From contig CAZSJX010000007.1 in the NCBI GenBank assembly GCA_964607295.1, positions 18,026-82,025 on the forward strand: a stretch of DNA of 64,000 bases, read 5' to 3'. The notes beneath the pieces were generated by a model that searched no databases, was not told the origin of the DNA, and was given only the letters and a program-made list of their open reading frames with translations. Numbering within the stretch: position 1 is the stretch's first letter; the number at the start of each line of letters is the position of its first letter. Positions 46,878-57,684 of the stretch are shown one piece after another. Source of the stretch: an uncultured Treponema sp. Lineage in GTDB: Bacteria > Spirochaetota > Spirochaetia > Treponematales > Treponemataceae. The position numbers and the translations under genes were made by a program.

Positions 46878-49858
46878 AAAGGCACGATGTCTACAAGGGG
46901 TTTGAAGTTCAGGATGTTTTTAAAATTCCATATTATGATTCTGAAGGAATTTTTCTACGCCATAAGAAATCCGGCCTGGAAGTTTTTCATATCCTTAACA
47001 ATGATGAGGAAAATCTTTTTGCGTTTGCCTTTAGAACTCCTTGCAAAGACAGCACAGGAGCCGCGCATATTATCGAGCACAGCGTTTTATGTGGCTCAAA
47101 AAACTTTCCTATAAAGGATCCGTTCCTTAAACTTAGAAACCAGAGCATAAATACATATCTTAACGCCTACACTGCAAAAGACAGGACAGTTTTTCCTGCC
47201 AGCTCTCTTATAAAAGAAGATTACTTTAATTTGATGTCCGTCTATGCTGACGCCGTTTTTTTTCCAATTTTAAATGCTGAAACTTTTTTGCAGGAAGGCT
47301 GGAGAATTGAAACTGATAAAAATAATCAGCCTGTGATTCAAGGCGTTGTGTTCAATGAGATGAAGGGAAACTATTCGTCATTTAATTCTGTTGCGACGGA
47401 TGCGGTTTTGAATGCTTCTGTTATTGGCACCGGATATGAAAATGATTCCGGCGGCGATCCATTGAAAATTCCATCCTTGTCTTACAGTCAGTTTAAGGAG
47501 TTCCATAAAAAATATTACTGCACTGCGAATTGCCTTGTGTTTTTGTACGGAAACATTCCAACTGAAGAACAGCTGGATTTTATTGATGAGAATGTAATCA
47601 GAAATGTGGAGTCCTATGGCGAAAAATATTCGTTTGCTTCTGAGAACTCTTCTGTGAAAATGAAAAGACGGATTGATGCCTTTGGTCCTGCGCAGGATTC
47701 AAAAACAACAACGGCTGTAGTTTGGAAAATCGGAGACTCTGCTGAAAACGAAAATCTTTTTTCACTGCCGATGGAAATAAGTTTTTTATCAGAGCTTCTT
47801 TTAGGAAATGACTCTGCTCCGGTTATAAAGCTTCTGCTGAATAGATTTAAAGAATGTGATATTGCGCCGCAAACTGGATGCAGTATAAATTCACGTTTTT
47901 TTTCCGTGGCGATAGGCGTGAACGGACTGAAATCAGATCAGGCGAAAGAATTCCAGATGTGCATTGATGAGGCTATGAGGCTTCTGGTTGAAGACGGAAT
48001 AAAAGAAGAAGATATTGAGCGCAGTTTTATGAGCTTTGATTTTTCTATAAGAGAAGTAAAGCGTTCGCCGTCGCATGGTCCGTATTCGCTTGTTCTGCTT
48101 AAGAGGGTTTTGCGCTTCTGGACTTACGGAGCAAATCTAAAAAAATCTCTTTCCTTTATAGAATCCTTTGAGCAGATAAAACAGAAAATAAAGCAGGAGC
48201 CTGACTATCTAAAAAATCTTATAAGAAAATTTTTTGTTGAAAATAAGAATAAAACCTTGGTAACAGTTTCTCCTTCAGAAAAATGGAGCTTCGACAGGGC
48301 TGAAAAGGAAAGAAAATTAGCAGCGCGGCTTTATAAAAAAATCGGGAAGAAAAATGTTTCTCTTTTGCTCGAAAAGCTTCGCTCGTTTCAGTGCGCCCAG
48401 GAAAATGAAAATCTGATTCCGTCTGTAAACATTGACGGGCTTAAAAATCCCGCTGAAAAAATCGAAACTAGAAAAACTTTGTGCGGAAAAATTCCCTTCT
48501 ATGTTAATAAGGAGGCGTGCAACGGAATTGTCTATGCTTCTGTCTCTTTTCCAGTTGACAGGCTTGATCCGGCGGACTATAAATTTCTTCCGTTGCTTTC
48601 CAGCTGCATTTCCGGGCTTGGAACAAAAAAAATGTCATGGGAGGAGACCGTTTCTGTTTCAGATAGAATCATGGGGGATTTTGGCGCATATATACGAAGC
48701 GCGAATGTTCCTGCTTATTCAAAGACAGCCGCCGTCGAAAATCCGCTTATAATTGGACGCGAATGGCTTGTTCTTCATTTTAAATTTATAGAAGAAAAAT
48801 CCATGCAGGCTTTTGAGTTTGTGCGTGAAATTATTTCTTCAATTGATTTTTCAGATAAGGAACGGATTAAGACGATTGTAAACGGCTTGTGCTCCAGCCT
48901 GAACGCGGCTGTTGTTCCGGGCGGACATTATTTTGCGATGCTCAGAGCTTGCAGGCTTTTAAACCGGGCGTGCGCTGTTCAGGAAATAAAGGACGGCCTT
49001 TCTTCTGTTTTTGCAATAAATGAAATAAAGAAGATGAGTTTGTCTGATATTTCAGAAAAGCTTGAATCGGTTTATAAAAAAATAATTAAAAGCGGAGCGC
49101 TGTTTCATGTGACGGCCGGAGATTCAGGAATTCTTGCGGCGAAAAAAGGATTTTCATTTCTTGCAAAAAATCTTTGCCTTGAATTTCCAAAGCCAAAAAA
49201 GAAAATTTCCGACAGAGAATTTTTTAGGCAGACTGAGCTTTCTGGAAAAAATTCCTGCGCGCAAAATCCTTGCGTGGATGAGCTTTTTATTGTTCCGGGA
49301 AATACGGGCTTTGCTTCTGCTGTTGTAAAAAGTTCCGGCGAAAACGAAAAAAAAATCATGGCGGACACGGTTCTTTCGCATTTGCTTGAAACTTCCGACT
49401 TGTGGAAGCAAGTCAGGACCGCTGGCGGAGCTTACGGTGTTTTCCTTTCTGTTCAAAGCTCAAGCGGCGCGACCTGCTTTGCTACGTACCGCGACCCCAG
49501 GCCTTTCGAGTCGCTTGGATATTTTTCAGAAAAACTTCCGCTTCTTGAAAAGGATGAATTTTCTTTTGATGATATAAAAAAAGCAGTTGCCGGCGTTTAT
49601 TCAGATGAAATTGAGCCGTATACACCTGCGATGAGGGGTGGAACCGGCCTTATGAGATGCCTTTATGGAATTTCGCTTTCCTTGGATAAAATCAGAATAA
49701 AAAATTTGCTGAGTTTGAAAAGAATCGATATTGAAAAGTCAGTCTGCCGTTATAAAAATGCAGTGTTCCTCGGAAATAAGGTTGCCATCTGCGGAAAAGA
49801 TATGGTTTCTGATAAAATTAAGAAAATGAGTGGAAAAATAATAGAAATTGCGCTATAA
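46874..49858 (+). CDS. Insulinase family (M16C, presequence protease-like) zinc peptidase
   Basis: GAAHIIEHSVLCGS (HXXEH), YLNAYT, QGVVFNEMKG, VRTAGGAYG, YRDP. Confidence 0.88.
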   Translation: MKRHDVYKGFEVQDVFKIPYYDSEGIFLRHKKSGLEVFHILNNDEENLFAFAFRTPCKDSTGAAHIIEHSVLCGSKNFPIKDPFLKLRNQSINTYLNAYTAKDRTVFPASSLIKEDYFNLMSVYADAVFFPILNAETFLQEGWRIETDKNNQPVIQGVVFNEMKGNYSSFNSVATDAVLNASVIGTGYENDSGGDPLKIPSLSYSQFKEFHKKYYCTANCLVFLYGNIPTEEQLDFIDENVIRNVESYGEKYSFASENSSVKMKRRIDAFGPAQDSKTTTAVVWKIGDSAENENLFSLPMEISFLSELLLGNDSAPVIKLLLNRFKECDIAPQTGCSINSRFFSVAIGVNGLKSDQAKEFQMCIDEAMRLLVEDGIKEEDIERSFMSFDFSIREVKRSPSHGPYSLVLLKRVLRFWTYGANLKKSLSFIESFEQIKQKIKQEPDYLKNLIRKFFVENKNKTLVTVSPSEKWSFDRAEKERKLAARLYKKIGKKNVSLLLEKLRSFQCAQENENLIPSVNIDGLKNPAEKIETRKTLCGKIPFYVNKEACNGIVYASVSFPVDRLDPADYKFLPLLSSCISGLGTKKMSWEETVSVSDRIMGDFGAYIRSANVPAYSKTAAVENPLIIGREWLVLHFKFIEEKSMQAFEFVREIISSIDFSDKERIKTIVNGLCSSLNAAVVPGGHYFAMLRACRLLNRACAVQEIKDGLSSVFAINEIKKMSLSDISEKLESVYKKIIKSGALFHVTAGDSGILAAKKGFSFLAKNLCLEFPKPKKKISDREFFRQTELSGKNSCAQNPCVDELFIVPGNTGFASAVVKSSGENEKKIMADTVLSHLLETSDLWKQVRTAGGAYGVFLSVQSSSGATCFATYRDPRPFESLGYFSEKLPLLEKDEFSFDDIKKAVAGVYSDEIEPYTPAMRGGTGLMRCLYGISLSLDKIRIKNLLSLKRIDIEKSVCRYKNAVFLGNKVAICGKDMVSDKIKKMSGKIIEIAL

Positions 49859-49898
49859 TAAAAAATATTACTTGTTTTTAGAAAAATAAAGGGAAAAA

Positions 49899-50120
49899 AT
49901 GACTAACAAAAACGTAGAAGAATTAACAAGACTTATGAGACAGCTTGTGTCTGATGTTCAGGGCGCTCCTTTTCCTAGTGAAAAAATCGAGCCGGAGCTT
50001 TACTCAATTTGGTATGAGCATGTTCAGCGCGGAGCACAGAACTGCTTTGAATTTTTGGAGCAGCACTTTCCGCTGGACAATTCCGAGTTCAAAGATTCCC
50101 TGAAGAAAATATTTAAATAA
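49899..50120 (+). CDS. Small hypothetical protein (73 aa)
   Basis: Clean ORF with RBS aaggg, coding-like composition, fills the gap between genes. Confidence 0.6.
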   Translation: MTNKNVEELTRLMRQLVSDVQGAPFPSEKIEPELYSIWYEHVQRGAQNCFEFLEQHFPLDNSEFKDSLKKIFK

Positions 50121-50239
50121 ACATAGTTTCCTGCCGAAAATAAAGCAGAGGCAATCTTTGTAAAATATTTATTTAAGATTGCTGAATAAGTGCCGTGCTT
50201 TTTTGTGCTGGCTGTGTCTTGTTTTTGGTGGGAAGATAT

Positions 50240-51421
50240 ATGGCTGCAAGAAAAATTTGCCGTAATGAAAAACTACAATTAAAAGGTTTCCTTAGGAAAA
50301 ATGGCTTTGACCGCTGGAGACTTGTTACAAATGCTGTAAGTTCTGTTTCTGGCGAAGAAAAAGCTTTCTTCTTTGAATTTTACGCTGTGAATCCTGCCTT
50401 GTCGCCTAAAGAATGTGTCCTTGGATTCAAGAACCGCTTTAATAAATCAGCAGAAGATTTCCAGTATGTTCTGGCAGGCTCCCAGACTGCAAAAAATTTT
50501 GCTTCGCAGACTTATGTTCAGCCTTCTTTTTTTATGATAAAGGCAGGAATTCTTTCTTTGAGCGCAAGCCATGTCAATTCTTATTTTCCGCCTGAAATTT
50601 TGTCAGCAAAAAAAAGCGACTTTATAGTTTCCGCAAAGCAGGAGGACTTGCCGGCCTGCATTTTGGCTCATGACTACATTTCAGGCGCAATAAAAGTTAC
50701 AGACGAGGATTTGCGCGTTCACCCTGAGTACATGGGAAATTCCGGCTCAATATCATGGAGCTTGAAGTTTTCAAGGAGCATTTCGTTTTCTTCAGACTAC
50801 AGGACAAAGGACATAAGCTGGGCGGTGCTTGGAGGCAAGACCGATTTTTCCGGCAAAATTATTTTCAACAATGAAGAGTATAATGTCAGCCCAAGAAATT
50901 CTTTTGGATACTATGATAAAAACTGGGGCAGGGATTTTTCTTCCCCGTATTTTCACTTAAGCTCTTCGAATTTTACAAGCGAAATTTCCGGGCGGCTTTT
51001 GGAAAACTCTGTGTTTGCAGTTCAGGGCGAGTATAAAAATAAAGTTTCTGTTCTTGTTTCAATTGAAGGAAAGAATATCGAGTTTCATGCTGACAGGCTG
51101 AAAAGAAAGCAGGTGAGCTATGACTGCCAGGAAATGAACGGAACAGAAGATGAGGGCCTGAAGCTGCATTGGTCCGTAAGCGTCCATGACCGGCGGTATG
51201 TAATTGACATTGATATTTTTTGCAATACAAAGGAAATGTCCCTGCGCGATTTTGAAAGTCCGGCCGGCGGAAGAAAAATAATGAGGATTCTTGCAAGCGG
51301 TTCTGGAACTGGAAAATTCAAGCTGTACAAAAAGATGCGGAAGAATCTTGAGCTTTTGGAGCAGGCTGACATATCAAAGTGTCTTTGCGAATACGGAAAT
51401 CTTGAGACCGCTGAAAAATAA
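50240..51421 (+). CDS. Tocopherol-cyclase-like fold hypothetical protein
   Basis: FFFEFYAVNP and GYYDKNWGRDF motifs resemble the tocopherol cyclase family; start uncertain (50195 or 50240). Confidence 0.5.
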   Translation: MAARKICRNEKLQLKGFLRKNGFDRWRLVTNAVSSVSGEEKAFFFEFYAVNPALSPKECVLGFKNRFNKSAEDFQYVLAGSQTAKNFASQTYVQPSFFMIKAGILSLSASHVNSYFPPEILSAKKSDFIVSAKQEDLPACILAHDYISGAIKVTDEDLRVHPEYMGNSGSISWSLKFSRSISFSSDYRTKDISWAVLGGKTDFSGKIIFNNEEYNVSPRNSFGYYDKNWGRDFSSPYFHLSSSNFTSEISGRLLENSVFAVQGEYKNKVSVLVSIEGKNIEFHADRLKRKQVSYDCQEMNGTEDEGLKLHWSVSVHDRRYVIDIDIFCNTKEMSLRDFESPAGGRKIMRILASGSGTGKFKLYKKMRKNLELLEQADISKCLCEYGNLETAEK

Positions 51422-51482
51422 ACGCAAAAAAAAATTTGTTTTTTAGTTCGGAAATTTGTATCTTTCTTCTTAGAGGTAATTT

Positions 51483-54086
51483 ATGAATTACGAACAGATG
51501 ACATTAAAAATGCAAGATGCGCTTCAAGGCGCAAGCAGCTTGGCCCAGCAAAGAGACCACAGCGAAATCGGCAATGAACATCTTTTGTATGCCATGCTTA
51601 ATCAAAAAGACGGAATGGTTCCTCCTCTGTTAGAGCGGATTGGAATTCAGCCGAATTCTTTGCAGACAAATCTTGAAAATTTATTGGACAAATATCCTGT
51701 AGTGAAAGGGCAGACTCAGATGTCCTTGTCTTCCAGCGCGCAGAAAGTTCTTGCCAAGGCTGAAAAGGAAATGTCTTCCTTGAAAGATCAGTTTCTTTCT
51801 ACAGAGCACGTTTTCCTTGCAATGACACAGTCTGATGACAGCGTCGGCGAGCTTTTAAGGAATTCAGGCTGCAGCAGGAATAATGTTCTGGAAGCGTTGA
51901 AGTCAGTTCGTGGAAACCAGACTGTTGATTCCCAGGACCCTGAAAGCAAGATGCAGAGCCTTGAAAAATACTGCACGGATTTGACCGCCCGCGCGCGCCA
52001 GGACAAAATTGATCCTGTAATCGGACGCGACGAGGAAATCCGCCGTGTAATGCAGGTTCTGTGCCGCCGCACAAAGAATAATCCGGTTCTGATTGGTGAG
52101 CCTGGCGTTGGTAAAACTGCGATTGTTGAAGGTCTTGCACGCCGAATCGCCAGCGGAGATGTTCCGGAAAGTCTGAAAAACAAGCGGCTTCTTTCTCTTG
52201 ATATGGGAAGCCTGGTTGCGGGCGCAAAATTCCGCGGTGAATTTGAGGAGCGTCTGAAAGCTGTAATTACGGAAGTTACAAAATCTGAAGGGCAGATAAT
52301 TCTGTTCATCGATGAGCTTCACACGATTGTAGGGGCTGGAGCAAGCGAAGGCTCGATGGATGCGTCGAACTTGCTGAAGCCGGCTTTGAGCCGCGGCGAA
52401 ATTCACGTGATTGGCGCGACAACTTTGAACGAGTACCGCAAGTACATTGAAAAGGATGCCGCCCTTGAACGAAGGTTCCAGCAGGTTTACTGCGCTGAGC
52501 CGACTGTTGAGGACACAATCGCTATTCTGCGAGGTCTCCGCGACAAATATGAAATTCATCACGGTGTAACAATTGAAGACGAAGCTCTTGTAAGCGCGGC
52601 GGTTCTTTCAAACCGCTATATTACGAACCGTTTTTTGCCGGACAAGGCTATTGACCTGGTTGATGAGGCAGCCAGCCGTCTTAAGATGGAAATTGAAAGC
52701 CAGCCTGTCGAGCTTGACCAAGTTGAACGAAAAATTCTTCAGCTTCAGATTGAAAAGCAGTCGCTCAGCAAGGAAGACGATCCTTCTTCAAAGGAAAGGC
52801 TTGAAAAACTTGAAAAAGAGCTTTCCGAAATGAACACAAAGCGTGACGCGATGAAGCTGCGCTGGCAGAACGAGAAAAACAACATCGACAAGAGCCGCAC
52901 GCTCAAGGAGCAGCTTGAAACGGCCCGCTTCAACGAGGAAAAATTCACACGTGAAGGAAACCTTGAAAAGGCGGCGGAACTGAAGTACAGCACAATTCCT
53001 TCGCTGCAGAAACAGCTTGAGGAGGCGACAAAGGCTGAAAAGGAAAAGGAAGACAATCCTGAGCGCGAATCCTTGCTCCGCCAGTCTGTTACGGAAGAAG
53101 ATATTGCGCGCGTTGTAAGCAGCTGGACAGGAATTCCTGTTGCAAAAATGATGACCAGCGAAAAGCAGAAATATCTTCAGCTGGAGGAAGTTCTTCATAA
53201 GCGCGTAATCGGTCAGGATGAAGCTGTGCAGGTTGTGAGCGACGCAATCAGGCGAAACCGCTCCGGCTTGAGCGACCCGAACCGTCCGCTTGGAAGTTTT
53301 ATGTTCATCGGTCCTACTGGAGTCGGAAAAACCGAGCTTGCAAAAACTCTTGCGGATTTCCTATTCAACGACGAGAAGGCTTTGACCCGAATCGATATGT
53401 CTGAATATATGGAAAAATTCAGCGTGAGCCGTCTTATCGGTGCGCCTCCGGGATACGTTGGATACGACGAAGGCGGCCAGCTTACAGAAGCGGTTCGCAG
53501 ACGCCCTTACAGTGTCGTGCTTTTTGATGAGGTTGAAAAGGCTCATCCGGATGTTTTCAACGTTCTTCTTCAGGTTCTTGATGACGGACGCTTGACTGAC
53601 GGACAGGGACGGGTAGTGGATTTCAAGAATACGATTATCATCATGACGAGCAACTTGGGAAGCGATCTGATTCTTGACGCGGCGGAAAATTCTTCGGAAA
53701 AAACTGAAAGCGTTTCTCCGGAAGTTCGCGAGAAAATCGACGGGCTTTTGAAATCACATTTCAGGCCGGAATTCCTGAACCGAATCGATGAGATTGTGAT
53801 GTTCCAGAAGCTTGGAAAAGACTGCATCAGCGGAATTGTAAAAATTCAGCTTGAGCGCGTTGCAAAGCGGCTTGAGGACAGAAGAATCAGCATTGATTTT
53901 GACCAGAAATCAGTTGATTTCCTTTGTGAGAAAGGCTACGACCCGGCGTTTGGCGCCCGCCCTGTAAAGCGCGCAATCCAGACTTGGGTTGAAAATCCTT
54001 TGAGCAAGGAGCTTCTTGAAGGAAAGTTTGCTGAAGGCTGCACAATAAATGTTTCGAGCAATGGACGTGAGCTTGAATTTAAGTAA
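51483..54086 (+). CDS. clpB: ATP-dependent chaperone ClpB
   Basis: Two AAA+ modules ([16 protein letters not shown]), M-domain coiled coil, [20 protein letters not shown]. Confidence 0.97.
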   Translation: MNYEQMTLKMQDALQGASSLAQQRDHSEIGNEHLLYAMLNQKDGMVPPLLERIGIQPNSLQTNLENLLDKYPVVKGQTQMSLSSSAQKVLAKAEKEMSSLKDQFLSTEHVFLAMTQSDDSVGELLRNSGCSRNNVLEALKSVRGNQTVDSQDPESKMQSLEKYCTDLTARARQDKIDPVIGRDEEIRRVMQVLCRRTKNNPVLIGEPGVGKTAIVEGLARRIASGDVPESLKNKRLLSLDMGSLVAGAKFRGEFEERLKAVITEVTKSEGQIILFIDELHTIVGAGASEGSMDASNLLKPALSRGEIHVIGATTLNEYRKYIEKDAALERRFQQVYCAEPTVEDTIAILRGLRDKYEIHHGVTIEDEALVSAAVLSNRYITNRFLPDKAIDLVDEAASRLKMEIESQPVELDQVERKILQLQIEKQSLSKEDDPSSKERLEKLEKELSEMNTKRDAMKLRWQNEKNNIDKSRTLKEQLETARFNEEKFTREGNLEKAAELKYSTIPSLQKQLEEATKAEKEKEDNPERESLLRQSVTEEDIARVVSSWTGIPVAKMMTSEKQKYLQLEEVLHKRVIGQDEAVQVVSDAIRRNRSGLSDPNRPLGSFMFIGPTGVGKTELAKTLADFLFNDEKALTRIDMSEYMEKFSVSRLIGAPPGYVGYDEGGQLTEAVRRRPYSVVLFDEVEKAHPDVFNVLLQVLDDGRLTDGQGRVVDFKNTIIIMTSNLGSDLILDAAENSSEKTESVSPEVREKIDGLLKSHFRPEFLNRIDEIVMFQKLGKDCISGIVKIQLERVAKRLEDRRISIDFDQKSVDFLCEKGYDPAFGARPVKRAIQTWVENPLSKELLEGKFAEGCTINVSSNGRELEFK

Positions 54087-54101
54087 TTGGTAGCAAGTTC
54101 A

Positions 54102-54150
54102 TGAAAAAATGGGGCTGTTCCTTTCTTTTTGGACGGCCCCTTGTTTTTTT
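54102..54150. terminator. Bidirectional terminator between clpB and the MerR gene
   Basis: aaaaaatggggctgttc...gacggccccttgttttttt. Confidence 0.6.
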
Positions 54151-54169
54151 TAGGCGTTTAACTTTCTCA

Positions 54170-54643
54170 TCATTCTTCTCCGTTTTCCGGGAGCAGGTAG
54201 CTTTTGTATTGTGTTTTTCCACTTTCAACATCGTCGTAGAAATTGTTTTTCCAGCTGATGTAGTCGATGCTTGCCTGGATTTTTTCTTTTTCGGCTTCAA
54301 GGATTTTCAGTTTTTCGCATAGGATTTTTCTTCGCTCCGGGATTGTGGATTTTCCTTCCATGCAGAGGTCTTTGTAGCGGAGCATTTCTTCTATGCTCAT
54401 TCCGCAGCGTTTCAGGCATTTTAGGCTTTCTATCCACCCGATGTTGTTCGAGTCAAAAAGCCGGTAGTTGCTTTCGGAGCGTTTTATGTTCGGCACAAGC
54501 CCTTTGTTGCACCAGAATTTCAGCGTTTCGTATGGAATGCCTGTCCGTTCGCAGACTTCGCTCATTGTGTAAAGTTTTTTCACGGAAGATTCCAGTCCGC
54601 CGTCATTTTCCTGTTCATTTTGCATCATAGGATTTTTTATCAT
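54170..54643 (-). CDS. MerR family transcriptional regulator
   Basis: YTMSEVCERTGIPYETLKFW, RSESNYRLF, LKRCGMSIEEM, C-terminal coiled coil. Confidence 0.9.
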   Translation of the reverse strand: MIKNPMMQNEQENDGGLESSVKKLYTMSEVCERTGIPYETLKFWCNKGLVPNIKRSESNYRLFDSNNIGWIESLKCLKRCGMSIEEMLRYKDLCMEGKSTIPERRKILCEKLKILEAEKEKIQASIDYISWKNNFYDDVESGKTQYKSYLLPENGEE

Positions 54644-54792
54644 AATCAGGCGGAATATTTCAAGAGGCAGAAAAATAAAAATCGCCGCAAGAAAAAAAAT
54701 CCGCCATCCAGATGAATAAATTCATCAGCTGAAAGAATAAAATCCGCCGCAGAAAAAAAATCAGAAAATTTGCATTTTTTTTGAAAATTCGC

Positions 54793-54825
54793 TTGACCCG
54801 GTAGTTGCTACCGACCTTATACATT
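54793..54825 (+). promoter_or_regulatory. MerR-type promoter/operator
   Basis: -35 ttgacc, a long spacer containing the dyad cggtag-ttg-ctaccg, then tataca (19 nt spacer) or tacatt (21 nt spacer); divergent from the MerR gene. Confidence 0.72.
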
Positions 54826-54958
54826 AAGCATAAGGATTCTTGAAGTGCTCGTCCACTTTCAGAAGCTTACAATGCACATTCCTAGCTTATTGCGAATGTG
54901 CTTAAAAACTAAAACCGGAAACTGATGTTTCCTTGCTGACTTTTTGTTGGAGGTCGCT

Positions 54959-56068
54959 ATGAACAAAATTGTAAGGGCAGGAGTTATTTCTGTATGTATG
55001 GCTTGCGCGTCTACAGTGAGCGCAAAAAGTGTTTCCAAGGAAAACCGCGCGGACATGAAAATTCCGAAAGGGCTTTCAAACCGCTGGGGGCTCGTCTACG
55101 ACGGCGCGATTGACTCGAACATTCCGGGCAAAGTGAATCTGTTCCCGGTGACTTACGTTGTGAACGGCGTTGAAATTGCGGCGAACCTTTACGTTCCGGC
55201 TGATTACAGCGAAAAAGATGAAAAAAAATATCCGGCGGTCGCGGTTGCCCATCCGAACGGCGGAGTAAAGGAGCAGGTTTCCGGGCTTTTCGCGCAGAAT
55301 CTTGCCGAGGCCGGCTACATTGCGCTTGCGTTCGACGCTTCTTTCCAGGGCGCAAGCGGCGGTCTTCCGCGCGGACTTGACATTCCTGAAAACCGTGTGA
55401 ATGACGTTCACGGCGCGGTGGATTATCTTTCAACATTGAAAAAAGTTGACTCCACACGGATTGGGCTTCTTGGAATCTGTGGCGGCGGCGGATACACTTT
55501 GAAGGCTGCCCAGACAGAAAAGCGCGCCAAGGCTGTCGCAACGCTAAGCATGTTCAACACTGGAGCAGTAAGGCTGAACAACGGACTTAAAGGCTACGAA
55601 CCGAGCGCAGACATCCAGAAACGCCTTTTGGACGCAATGAACGCCCGCACCGAGGAAGCTCTCACCGGAAAAACCGTTTATCCAGCGCCTTCTAACACTC
55701 CGGCGCCAACACGCGAGCAGCTTCTTGCCCAGCCTAAGGGACTTTATTCAGAGGGCGGACTTTACTACTACTTTGACTACAAGCATCCAAAAGCTGGCGC
55801 GGCAGTTCCGCTAAAATGCCTTCCAGACCTGATTGACTTCGATGTCCGCTGCAATATGAATCTGGTGAACGTTCCTCTTCTGATGATGGCGGGAAGCGCG
55901 GCCGACACTCTCTATATGACAGAAGACGCGTTCAATCTTGCCACAGGAACTGAAAACAAGGAGCTTTACCTGATAGACGGCGCAACCCACATCCAGACAT
56001 ATTACGTGCCTGAATATGTTGAAAAGGAAACGCTCAAGCTGGTCGAGTTCTTCGGAAAAAATCTGTAG
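54959..56068 (+). CDS. Alpha/beta hydrolase (YcjY-like) with signal peptide
   Basis: VAVAHPNGGVKEQ, FDASFQGASGG, GICGGGGY nucleophile elbow, IDGATHIQTY. ATG 54959 with RBS ggagg. Confidence 0.85.
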   Translation: MNKIVRAGVISVCMACASTVSAKSVSKENRADMKIPKGLSNRWGLVYDGAIDSNIPGKVNLFPVTYVVNGVEIAANLYVPADYSEKDEKKYPAVAVAHPNGGVKEQVSGLFAQNLAEAGYIALAFDASFQGASGGLPRGLDIPENRVNDVHGAVDYLSTLKKVDSTRIGLLGICGGGGYTLKAAQTEKRAKAVATLSMFNTGAVRLNNGLKGYEPSADIQKRLLDAMNARTEEALTGKTVYPAPSNTPAPTREQLLAQPKGLYSEGGLYYYFDYKHPKAGAAVPLKCLPDLIDFDVRCNMNLVNVPLLMMAGSAADTLYMTEDAFNLATGTENKELYLIDGATHIQTYYVPEYVEKETLKLVEFFGKNL

Positions 56069-56228
56069 CCCGAAAGCTTGCCGCTGGCTTCGCTATAACA
56101 AAAACGCATAGTCAGCGGCGAAAACTTGTATTGTACTTTCGTTTTTCCGGGCTTTATTATTGAATCGAAAGGGAGTTTTAAATTTTTGGGTGGCTTTTGG
56201 CAGGTTCGACAAGCTCACCAGCCAAAAC

Positions 56229-56314
56229 CAGGCTTTTCAGGTTTCCGGCTTCCGCCTTCATTCCTACGCTGACGCTTCGGAACTGGCTTCGCCAGACCTT
56301 ACAATCCTTGCCAC
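56229..56314 (+). repeat. GC-rich REP-like element, copy 1
   Basis: ggcttttcaggtttcc...cattcctacgctgacgcttcggaac...ccttacaatccttgccac aligns with the reverse complement of 57492-57606. Confidence 0.6.
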
Positions 56315-56346
56315 ATCAGAAAACAAAAAATTTTTTGGAGTTTGCA

Positions 56347-57321
56347 ATGAAAAAATCTGTAGTTTTTATGTCGGTTCTTTTTGCAGGCGCGGCGGTTCTT
56401 CTTTCTTCATGTTCAAGCGCAAAAAAATCTGCGGCAAAGACATCTCAGAATCAGATTAAGGATTCGTTTTCAAAGGAAGAAATGCCTTTTCCTTTTGGCG
56501 ATGACGTTAGCGCGCGTTTTACCGGAACTGTCTATTTTAAAAACATGATTCAAAAAGATGATGTGTACAATTTTCCGGTTACAAACACAGTAACTTTTGC
56601 GCCCGGCTCAAGAAGCGCGTGGCATGTCCACGGCGGAATGGAAATTCTTGTTGTCGGCGGAAAAGGTTATTACCAGGAGAAGGGCAAAAAAGCTCAGATA
56701 ATCCGTAAAGGCGATGTTGTTCACATTCCTGCCGGTGTCAGCCACTGGCACGGAGCGGCGGAAGACTCGTGGTTTCAGCAGATTGTAATTTACGATGCAG
56801 AATGGAAAAATCCTGTTCCGGGAAATGCCCATTCAGAAACCGTGGACGATGATTATTACAAGGCTCTTTCGCTTCCTGAAAATTCAGAAAACTATGCCGG
56901 CCGGAAAATCACTTCTGCGGACAACTTTACATTCGGAAACGGAAATCTTTTCAGCTCTGAAAATTTTTCCGGAAAAGCATGGCTTTCTGATGTTCTTGAT
57001 TCCCCGAACGAAGCCGGCGCGCCTGGACTCCACAACGTTGTTTTTGACAAAGGCTGCTACAACAGCTGGCATTCGCACGCCGGCGGCCAGGTTCTGATTG
57101 TCACAGACGGAATCGGCTACCATCAGGTAAAAGGCGGTGAAATCCAGGTTCTTCATCCCGGCGATGTCGCGTTCTGTCCGCCTGGTGCCACCCACTGGCA
57201 CGGAGCAGCACCAGATTCAATATTCGCCCATCTTGCAGCCAACACAAATCCCGAAAAAACAGGCGTAGTCTGGGGCAGCCGCCTTTCCGCGGAAGAATAC
57301 AAAAAACTTCCAGCAAAATAA
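56347..57321 (+). CDS. Tandem cupin domain lipoprotein
   Basis: Two cupin motifs (WHVHGG...GVSHWHGA; WHSHAGGQ...GATHWHGA); lipobox LLSSC. ATG 56347 with RBS ggag. Confidence 0.85.
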   Translation: MKKSVVFMSVLFAGAAVLLSSCSSAKKSAAKTSQNQIKDSFSKEEMPFPFGDDVSARFTGTVYFKNMIQKDDVYNFPVTNTVTFAPGSRSAWHVHGGMEILVVGGKGYYQEKGKKAQIIRKGDVVHIPAGVSHWHGAAEDSWFQQIVIYDAEWKNPVPGNAHSETVDDDYYKALSLPENSENYAGRKITSADNFTFGNGNLFSSENFSGKAWLSDVLDSPNEAGAPGLHNVVFDKGCYNSWHSHAGGQVLIVTDGIGYHQVKGGEIQVLHPGDVAFCPPGATHWHGAAPDSIFAHLAANTNPEKTGVVWGSRLSAEEYKKLPAK

Positions 57322-57343
57322 AAATCTTTGCAAAAACGTTTTC

Positions 57344-57372
57344 AGAAAGCGGGCAGTGTGTCCGCTTTCTTT
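57344..57372 (+). terminator. Terminator after the cupin gene
   Basis: agaaagcgggca-gtg-tgtccgctttct followed by tt. Confidence 0.65.
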
Positions 57373-57392
57373 GTCCGCGCGTTGAGTTTGGT

Positions 57393-57684
57393 TTATTCTT
57401 CTTTTCTGTTTCTAACCATTTCTTTTTCGGTGATAACTTTGTTGCGGTAAACCAGGCCGCGCCGTCCGTCGTGTCCTGCGATGATTGTTCCTGCGGCAGG
57501 GATTGGAAGGGACGCGGAGCGGTTCCGGAGCGTAGCGCAGGAATGGAGTGCGGCTAGCACGGAACCCTGCAAAGCCCGACAGCGCAAAGCGGTGGGCCGC
57601 CCGGATAAAAATCATAGAACCAAATTGATGGCGAACCCGGTTGCAAGCGAGAACAATGCCACGAATGCAAAAATATTTTTGTTT
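57393..57684 (-). pseudogene. Gene remnant: signal-peptide-like fragment, REP-like element, then a C-terminal fragment
   Basis: After the flavodoxin stop the minus strand reads NKNIFAFVALFSLATGFA (no ATG), then REP copy 2, then GTIIAGHDGRRGLVYRNKVITEKEMVRNRKEE*. Confidence 0.4.
57492..57606 (-). repeat. GC-rich REP-like element, copy 2
   Basis: Minus strand: gggctttgcagggttccg...cattcctgcgctacgctccggaacc...cccttccaatccctgccgc. Confidence 0.65.

Noticed and set aside
56160-56346. ORFs 56160..56459 and the 5' extension of 56197..57321
   Set aside because: They run through REP copy 1; ATG 56347 has an RBS and a lipoprotein signal.
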